From NCBI GenBank assembly GCA_963695555.1, contig CAVOGR010000007.1, positions 608,001 through 672,000 on the forward strand: a stretch of DNA of 64,000 bases, written 5' to 3'. The translations under genes and the position numbers were made by a program. The DNA is from an uncultured Gemmatimonadales bacterium (GTDB lineage: Bacteria; Gemmatimonadota; Gemmatimonadetes; Gemmatimonadales; GWC2-71-9). Below the pieces are notes generated by a model, which did not search any database, was not told the DNA's origin, and worked only from the letters and a program-made list of their open reading frames with translations. This document shows, piece after piece, positions 57,486 to 64,000 of the stretch; positions within the stretch are counted from its first letter, which is position 1; every line of letters begins with the position of its first letter.

Positions 57486-58709
57486 ATGTCGCGCGCGCCT
57501 CTCCAAGTTGACGTGCTCGTGGTCGGCGCGGGCCCCGCGGGTTCGGCCACGGCCACGTGGCTGGCCGAAGCCGGGCGGCGCGTCGTGCTCATCGACCGGG
57601 CGCGGTTCCCGCGTGACAAGCCCTGTGCCGAGTACATGAGTCCGGAAACGCTGCGGTGGCTGGATCGCTTGGGAGTGTTAGGCGAACTCGAAGCCGCGGG
57701 CGGATGCCCGGTTGACGGCACGACCGTGGTAGGCCCGTACGGGGCGCGATTGAGCGGACGCTTCGCCGAGGCACACCCCCGGCCCTTTCGCAACACTGGG
57801 CTTGCGATCAGCCGCCGCATCTTGGACCACCGCCTGATCCTGCGCGCCGCGGCAGCGGGTGCAGTGGTGCACGAGGACACCAGCATGGTCGAGTTGCTGC
57901 ACACGGGCACGGCGGTATCGGGCGCCATGGTGCGGAAGGCCGGAGGCGAGCCGCAGCGGATCGACGCCCGGCTTACCGTCGGAGCGGACGGGCTCCGTTC
58001 CGTCGTGGCACGACGAATCGGGAAGCGGCGCTTCGGGCGCCCGCGTCGCCTTGCCTTCGTAGCCCATGTGGCCGGCGTTCGCGACATGGCCCAGGCGGCG
58101 GAGATGCACGTTGGCCGAGCGGGGTACGCCGGCCTCAATCCCATCGGCGCCGATCTCACCAATGTGGCGCTGGTTCTGCCCCAGCACCGTGCCCGGGCGG
58201 CCGGTGGCCGAGTGCGCGAATTCTTCTTTCAGGCGCTCGAGCAGGTTCCCGGCATTCGCGGGCGCCTCGAGCCGGACCGGCTGGCGCGTGACGTCTTGGT
58301 TACGGGGCCGTTCAGCGCCTGGTCGCAGCGCGTGGTGGCCGATGGGGTGATGCTGGTGGGCGATGCCGCCGATTTCTTCGATCCGTTCACCGGCGAGGGA
58401 ATCTGCGCCGCGCTCCATGGCGCGCGGCTCGCCGTCGAGACGGCACGCGAGGCCCTGACTCGGCCCGGCGTCGCGCAGGCGGCCGACCTCGAGCCCTACA
58501 CCCGCGCGCGTGCCGCGGCGTTTCGCGGCAAGTGGGCGATCGAACGACTGATCGGGCATGGTATGGCCGCGCCGCGCCTGTTCGACCGGGCAGTCGCGCG
58601 TATCGGCCGGCGGCCGCCCATGGCGCACACCATGATCGGCGTCACCGGAAACTTCGTACCGCCGCGCGCCGTCCTCAATCCTTGGTACCTCACCCGAATG
58701 GTGGTCTAG
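57486..58709 (+). CDS. FAD-dependent oxidoreductase, geranylgeranyl-reductase/halogenase-like family
   Basis: VVGAGPAG, FPRDKPC, GADGLRS, LVGDAADFFDPFTGEGI. Confidence 0.85.
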   Translation: MSRAPLQVDVLVVGAGPAGSATATWLAEAGRRVVLIDRARFPRDKPCAEYMSPETLRWLDRLGVLGELEAAGGCPVDGTTVVGPYGARLSGRFAEAHPRPFRNTGLAISRRILDHRLILRAAAAGAVVHEDTSMVELLHTGTAVSGAMVRKAGGEPQRIDARLTVGADGLRSVVARRIGKRRFGRPRRLAFVAHVAGVRDMAQAAEMHVGRAGYAGLNPIGADLTNVALVLPQHRARAAGGRVREFFFQALEQVPGIRGRLEPDRLARDVLVTGPFSAWSQRVVADGVMLVGDAADFFDPFTGEGICAALHGARLAVETAREALTRPGVAQAADLEPYTRARAAAFRGKWAIERLIGHGMAAPRLFDRAVARIGRRPPMAHTMIGVTGNFVPPRAVLNPWYLTRMVV

Positions 58710-58712
58710 CTC

Positions 58713-59195
58713 ATGAGCGAGGTCGATCCGTCCCAGTTCCGCCAGCTTCTGGGCCGCTTCCCAACCGGCGTCGCGGTCGTGACGGCAAATGCCGGCGATG
58801 GAACGCCGGCCGGCATGACCGTGAACTCGCTCACGTCGGTGTCGCTGGTGCCACCACTCGTCTCCATCTGCGTGGATACCACCGCCGACATGCACCAGGT
58901 GCTGCACCAGACGGACCACTTCGTACTCAACCTGCTTGCTGCCGACCAGGAAATGATCTCCCGCCGGTTCGCGGGGCAGGACGCGAACCGGTTCGAAGGC
59001 ATCGGCTATCGGCTGAACGAGCACGGCCTGGTCGTGCTCGACGGCGTCATCGCCCATCTCGAGTGCGAGCGTCATGCGACATTCGAGGCCGGCGATCACA
59101 CCATCTTCGTCGCGCGGGTCACCGATGGCACGACGGCATCCGGCCGGCCACTGTTGTACTACCGGGGCGGCTACACCGCATTGTCCGACCAGTGA
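58713..59195 (+). CDS. Flavin reductase family protein
   Basis: FPTGVAVVT, GMTVNSLTSVSL, AGDHTIF, PLLYYRGGY. Confidence 0.9.
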   Translation: MSEVDPSQFRQLLGRFPTGVAVVTANAGDGTPAGMTVNSLTSVSLVPPLVSICVDTTADMHQVLHQTDHFVLNLLAADQEMISRRFAGQDANRFEGIGYRLNEHGLVVLDGVIAHLECERHATFEAGDHTIFVARVTDGTTASGRPLLYYRGGYTALSDQ

Positions 59196-59893
59196 CTACT
59201 GCTCCTGTGCGCGCAGCCAGCGGGACCGAACTGCTCGACGATCCATCAGCGGACCCCGCCATGGTTCGCACCAATCTCGAAGACCTCGCGCGAGCCAATC
59301 GGTGGTTCGGCGGCTGGGCGGCGGTGCGCTTCGGCTTGGCCACGACGCTCAGGGACCGCGTGGCGGGATCGCAGGTCTCACTGCTCGACGTGGGGCCGGG
59401 GGCCGCCGACCTGACAGCGGCTGCTCGACGCTGGGCAGAGCGCCGTGGGATTACCATCATCCCGATCGCCGTGGAGCAGAACCGCGCCGTGGCCCGGTTT
59501 GCCCATGCTCGGGAGCTCCCGGTCGCATGCGGCCGGGGCGGAACGATGCCGCTGGCCACCGACTCGGTGGACCTGGTCTTGGTGAGCCAAGTGGCCCATC
59601 ACCTGGAGCCGGATGGCGTGGTCGAGCTGCTCAAGGAATGTGATCGCGTTGCCCGGCACGCGGTGGTGGTTGCCGACCTCCGCCGCTCGGCGATGGCGCG
59701 TGCCGCATTCACACTCGGTAGCCGGCTGCTCGGCTTCCATCCCGTGACGGTGGCGGATGGTCTCACATCCATTCGCCGAGGGTACACCGCGTCGGAATTC
59801 CGGGAGCTCATGAGAATGGCAGGCCTCGAGGGAACTGTGACGCGGCGGCCGCTGTTCCGGCTGGTTGCCGTGTGGCATCCGAGGCGACCGTGA
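59192..59893 (+). CDS. SAM-dependent methyltransferase
   Basis: ELLDD, NRWFGG, LLDVGPGAAD, HHL, DLRR, DGLTSIRRGY. Confidence 0.8.
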   Translation: MTTAPVRAASGTELLDDPSADPAMVRTNLEDLARANRWFGGWAAVRFGLATTLRDRVAGSQVSLLDVGPGAADLTAAARRWAERRGITIIPIAVEQNRAVARFAHARELPVACGRGGTMPLATDSVDLVLVSQVAHHLEPDGVVELLKECDRVARHAVVVADLRRSAMARAAFTLGSRLLGFHPVTVADGLTSIRRGYTASEFRELMRMAGLEGTVTRRPLFRLVAVWHPRRP

Positions 59894-60354
59894 TGCGAAC
59901 CCTCGATGCGAGAACCATCAGAGCACCGGCGGAGCGGGTGTTCGAGGTGGCGCAGGACGTGGAACGCTGGCCCGAGTTCTTGCCCCACTACCGCTGGGTG
60001 CGGGTTCGTGAGACCCGCCCCGACTGCCGAGTCGTGGAGATGGCGGCCTGGCGCCCGTTCGGCCTGTTCAAGTATCCCACGTGGTGGGTCTCGGAAATGT
60101 GGGTCGACCAACCACACCTTCAGGTGCGCTACCATCACGTCGACGGCATCACTCGCGGCATGTCCGTGCTGTGGTCGGTCGAGGCTTCGGGCTCGGAGAC
60201 CCGCGCTTCGATCGTGCATGAGTGGAACGGCCCTCCGTGGCCGTTGATTCGCCGGCCGGCGGCGGAGTGGGTCATCGGTCCGGTATTCATCCACGGCATC
60301 GCATCGCGCACCCTCGAGGGCATTGCCCGCTATGTCGAACATCGTGCGATCTAA
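59893..60354 (+). CDS. SRPBCC / polyketide cyclase-like protein
   Basis: IRAPAERVFEVAQDVERWPEFLP N-terminal motif; about 150 aa. Confidence 0.8.
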   Translation: MRTLDARTIRAPAERVFEVAQDVERWPEFLPHYRWVRVRETRPDCRVVEMAAWRPFGLFKYPTWWVSEMWVDQPHLQVRYHHVDGITRGMSVLWSVEASGSETRASIVHEWNGPPWPLIRRPAAEWVIGPVFIHGIASRTLEGIARYVEHRAI

Positions 60355-61592
60355 CGGCCGGAGGGTCGCCATCACCGGCATCGGCGCCATCACGCCGATC
60401 GGTGTCGGCGTCGAGGGGCTCTGGGAGGGTCTCCGCCGCCGGAAGTCCGCCGTTGGCCCTATCAGTCGATTCGATCCCGAGCCGTTCAAGTCGCGGATTG
60501 CCGCAGAAGTACCGGATTTCGTGGCGTCGGACTTCATGGAGCAACGCCGGGTGCGGCGACTAGATCGCTTTTCGCAGTTCGCCATTTCCGCAACCCGATT
60601 AGCGCTGGAAGACGCCGACGTGCATCCCGAACGCGAGGATCGCGACCGGGTCGGGCGTCATGATGGGCACGGCGCTGGGGGGCATCGCATTCGCCGAGGC
60701 GCAGCATCATCGATATGTCGAGCACGGCCTGCGCGGGGTGGATTCCGCCCTGGCGCTCATGGTGTTCCCCGGCGCGTCGAGCTGCAACATCGCGATCGAG
60801 TTCGGCTTCACGGGCCCCAATTCCACCAACGGGATGAGCTGCGCCTCGGGGACCATGGCAATCGGCGAGGCCTTCCGCTCTATCCGCCGGAATGACGCCG
60901 ACATCATGGTTGCGGGCGGTGCCGAGGCGCCGCTGGCCCCGCTCACGTTCGGGGCGTTCGCCATCATCCGCGCCATGTCCACCCGGAACGACGATCCCGA
61001 AACCGCCAGCCGCCCGTTCGACGCCGGTCGTGACGGCTTCGTGATGGCGGAAGGGGCCGTGACTCTCGTCCTGGAGGCGTGGGATCGCGCGGTGGCCCGG
61101 GGCGCTCCGGTGCTGGCCGAGGTGTGCGGCTTTGGCGTCACCAACGATGCCCATCACATGACCGCTCCGCGGCCCGATGGGTTACAAGCCGCCCGCGCGA
61201 TGCGGCTGTGCCTGGCCGAGGCGGGAGTCCAGCCGCATGAGGTAGGCTATATCAACGCCCATGGCTCGAGCACACCGCTCAACGATCCCACCGAGAGCGA
61301 TGCGATCAAGCAGGTCTTCGGGTCCCACGTGCCTCGCCTGCCCGTGAGCGGCACCAAGGGCTACTACGGCCACGCGCTTGGGGCGAGCGGGGCTATCGAG
61401 ACCGCCATTTGCGCGCTCGCGAGCCAGCGCGGCTGGCTGCCGCCCACCGTCAATCTCGAGACGGTCGGCGCCAGGTGCGACCTGGCGTTCGTCCCATCGG
61501 CAGGCCTGGAGGCGACGCCGGAGTACTTGCTCACCAACTCGTTCGGGTTTGGTGGCATCAACGCCGCCCTGCTGCTGCGCCGCGCGGAGTAG
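60332..61592 (+). CDS. fabF: Beta-ketoacyl-ACP synthase, FabF-like (apparent +1 frameshift at 60653-60655)
   Basis: RRVAITGIGAITPIG, then MSCASG, SRPFD, INAHGSST, GHALGA, NSFGFGG in the second frame. Confidence 0.8.
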
Positions 61593-61690
61593 CGCCATGA
61601 CCAGGACACCTTCCGCTCCCAGTGACCGGCCTCTACATTCGGCACCGACCGTTGCAGCCTGATTACCCGCTTCCATTACGAGGATAGCGC

Positions 61691-62374
61691 ATGTCCCAGA
61701 TCGTTCGCCGGATGACGGCCGAAGCCGTGGGCACATTCGGAGTGGTGTTCATCGCCGCCTCCGCCATTGTCGCCGAGAAATTCCCCGCCGCCAACTACGG
61801 GCTTTTGGGAGTGGGAATCGCCTACGCCTTGGCCTATGCCATCATGGTCACGGCCACGATGAACATCTCTGGCGGGCACCTCAATCCGGCGGTCACGTTC
61901 GGCGTGTGGGTCAGCCGGCGTATTTCCGCGCGCGACGCGGGGCTGTATCTCGTGGCGCAGCTCGGCGGCGCTGTCCTCGCCGGGCTCCTGATGAAGCTGG
62001 TCTTTCCCGCGGGCGTGGCGCGCGTGGTGCTCTACGGAACCCCGGTCATCGCGAACCACATCACGATGGGAACCGCCATCACCCTGGAAGCGGTGCTGAC
62101 CTTTCTCTTGGTCTCGGCCGTGTTCGGCACGGCGGTATCGCCAGACGCGCCCAAGGTAGGCGGCTTCGCCATCGGGTTGGTGGTGCTCTTTGCGATGGTG
62201 GTCGGCGGGCCGTTTACCGGAGCGGCCCTCAATCCGGCACGGGCCTTCGGCCCCGCGGTGGTCAGCTCCGCATGGGTTGGGCAGATCGCGTATTGGGTGG
62301 GTCCGCTCTTGGGGGCGCTGGCCGCCGGGTTGCTCTGGAGCACGGTCCTCCTGCCCAAGCGCCCGGAGGGGTAA
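61691..62374 (+). CDS. MIP family channel (aquaporin)
   Basis: SGGHLNPAV and ALNPAR motifs, six TM helices. Confidence 0.93.
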   Translation: MSQIVRRMTAEAVGTFGVVFIAASAIVAEKFPAANYGLLGVGIAYALAYAIMVTATMNISGGHLNPAVTFGVWVSRRISARDAGLYLVAQLGGAVLAGLLMKLVFPAGVARVVLYGTPVIANHITMGTAITLEAVLTFLLVSAVFGTAVSPDAPKVGGFAIGLVVLFAMVVGGPFTGAALNPARAFGPAVVSSAWVGQIAYWVGPLLGALAAGLLWSTVLLPKRPEG

Positions 62375-62395
62375 CGGCCGAGGCCGGATCGAGGG

Positions 62396-62524
62396 CTAGT
62401 CGTCCTCGGATTTGAGCATCAGCCGCGCCCGGCGCCAGAGCGAAATCGTATATCCCACATAGACCACTACGGTGATCACGTAGGCTGCGATCATGTAGCC
62501 GGCGTTGTCGGGGGTGCTAGGCAT
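62396..62524 (-). CDS. ccmD: Small heme exporter protein CcmD-like (42 aa)
   Basis: Manual translation MPSTPDNAGYMIAAYVITVVVYVGYTISLWRRARLMLKSEDD; overlaps ccmC stop. Confidence 0.7.
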   Translation of the reverse strand: MPSTPDNAGYMIAAYVITVVVYVGYTISLWRRARLMLKSEDD

Positions 62525-63221
62525 CGGTGCCCTCCCGCGCGCTCTGTGCGGCCACCGCGCGAGCCAGACCGTAGCGGGTGGTCACAAATCCGATATAGAG
62601 CAGGGTAAAGGTGGCCAACGCGTAGAGCAGGGTGGCCAGCATCGGGTCCGGCAGCGATGGTTTGCTCGGCTTGAGCAAGATCGGTGCGGGGTGGAGCGTG
62701 CGGAACAGATACACGCTCAGGTGGATAAACGGCACCAGGACGAGTCCGAGGATCCCCACAACCGCGCTGAATCGCGCCCGCTCCGAGGGATCGCTCAACG
62801 CGGCCCGCAGCGTCAGATAGCCAAGGAACAACAGGAAGATCATGAGCGTCAGGGTCAGCCGGGCGTCCCAGGTCCACCAGGTGCCCCACACCGGCTTGCC
62901 CCAAATGGGGCCCGTGGTAAGCATCACCAGGCTGAAAGCCAGGCCCACCTCGGCCGAGGATGCGGCGAAGAGGTCGAGCCGCGGGTCCTTGAGCCACAGG
63001 TAGAGTGCGCTCACGATGCCGACCAATGAGAACGCCATGAGCGCGGCCCAGGCGGCCGGCGCATGGACATAGAAGATCTTCTGGGCGGCCCCCTGCCGCA
63101 CCTCGATCGGCGTGTACATGAGGGCCCGCACGTACACGCCCGCAACCGCGATGAGGGCAATGGCGGTCAGGGCGAATCCCAGCCGGATGATCCGGCGGGC
63201 GCTGGCGAGTTCCGAGGTCAT
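62517..63221 (-). CDS. ccmC: Cytochrome c maturation protein CcmC
   Basis: IFYVHAP, WGKPVWGTWWTWDARL (WWD domain), RTLHP. Confidence 0.93.
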   Translation of the reverse strand: MTSELASARRIIRLGFALTAIALIAVAGVYVRALMYTPIEVRQGAAQKIFYVHAPAAWAALMAFSLVGIVSALYLWLKDPRLDLFAASSAEVGLAFSLVMLTTGPIWGKPVWGTWWTWDARLTLTLMIFLLFLGYLTLRAALSDPSERARFSAVVGILGLVLVPFIHLSVYLFRTLHPAPILLKPSKPSLPDPMLATLLYALATFTLLYIGFVTTRYGLARAVAAQSAREGTDA

Positions 63222-63898
63222 TCGTCCACCAAAGCGGGGAATACCATCACACAGAGCGTCACAAACACCACATCGTACACGGCGAGTAACCTAAGCCACC
63301 CCAGCATTTCACTCAACGGACGCCCGCTGAGGAGCCGGGTCGTAACCTGGACCGCGCCGATCAGCGGGGGAACCATGAACGGGAGCAGGAGGACGGGAAG
63401 CATCAGCTCCGCAAACCGCGTCTTGACGACCATTGCGCTGAAGATGGTGCCCACCGCGACGAACCCGATGCTGGCCAGGGCCATGACGCCAAGCAGGCCG
63501 CCGAGGGAGTCCCAGATGTCGACATTGAAGAACAGGACGAAGAGCGGCAGCGTCACCAACTCCACCGCCGCGACAAACGCCAGGTTCGCCAGAAACTTGC
63601 CGACGTAGATCACCCCGCGCGATATCGGCGCCAGGAGCAGCCCGCTCATGCTGGCGTTCTCGCGCTCCAGATTGAATGCTCGGTTGAGCGCGATCACGGC
63701 CGCGAAGGCGATGGTGATCCACAGGACACTGGGCGCTAACACGGTGGACGAAACCAGGGACGCGTCGCGCGCAAAATTGAAGACCACCAGGACCAACGCG
63801 GCGAAAACCAGCGACGAGAGGAGCGCCGTCTTGCTGCGGAGCTCGATCCGCAGATCCTTGGCTGCGATCAACCCCGCGAGCCGAAGCCAGCTAACCAC
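63218..63898 (-). CDS. ccmB: Heme exporter permease CcmB
   Basis: KDLRIELRSK, ERENASMSGLLL, GKFLAN, LPVLLLP; upstream of ccmC. Confidence 0.88.
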   Translation of the reverse strand: MVSWLRLAGLIAAKDLRIELRSKTALLSSLVFAALVLVVFNFARDASLVSSTVLAPSVLWITIAFAAVIALNRAFNLERENASMSGLLLAPISRGVIYVGKFLANLAFVAAVELVTLPLFVLFFNVDIWDSLGGLLGVMALASIGFVAVGTIFSAMVVKTRFAELMLPVLLLPFMVPPLIGAVQVTTRLLSGRPLSEMLGWLRLLAVYDVVFVTLCVMVFPALVDE

Positions 63899-64000
63899 GC
63901 AACAGCTCCCCGTACCGCGGCAGGAAATCGGACAGCTCAGGTGGGCACGGCTCGTAAAGCGCCCAGCGACCACCCAACAACACCCCGATGTGAGTCGCCA
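63891..64000 (-). CDS. ccmA: 3' end of ABC ATPase, probably CcmA (partial)
   Basis: ATHIGVLLGGRW...GELLRG* resembles an ABC ATPase C-terminus; overlaps ccmB start. Confidence 0.55.
   Translation of the reverse strand, partial: ATHIGVLLGGRWALYEPCPPELSDFLPRYGELLRG

Noticed and set aside
60640..60665. Programmed frameshift or split KS/CLF-like pair in the ketosynthase
   Set aside because: No slippery heptamer; the two parts are consecutive pieces of one FabF, restored by removing one G.

Overview
GC-rich bacterial chromosomal segment whose gene content and order suggest Gemmatimonadota or a related FCB-group lineage (inferred, not proven). It contains: (1) a nearly complete type IV pilus system: pilMNOPQ, a FimT/PilV/PilW/PilX minor-pilin cassette, two PilA-type pilins, pilSR and pilB-pilT-pilC, with three matching sigma54 promoters and a second, degenerate sensor/activator pair; (2) a comEA / M28 glutaminyl-cyclase-like lipoprotein / SprA block divergent from lptFG; (3) two TonB-dependent receptors, one heading a TBDR - large CTD-bearing protein - PorV - GWxTD - lipoprotein cluster that, with SprA, looks like a T9SS-like module with no motor genes in this window; (4) a tightly coupled FAD oxidoreductase - flavin reductase - methyltransferase - SRPBCC - FabF-type ketosynthase operon (possible unknown lipid/polyketide pathway); (5) an ECF sigma/ZAS anti-sigma pair, ccmA(partial)BCD and housekeeping genes. 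Four genes carry single-base +1 frameshifts that are probably sequencing errors. No rRNA, tRNA, CRISPR array or mobile element was recognised. All family calls come from motif recognition by eye, not database searches.
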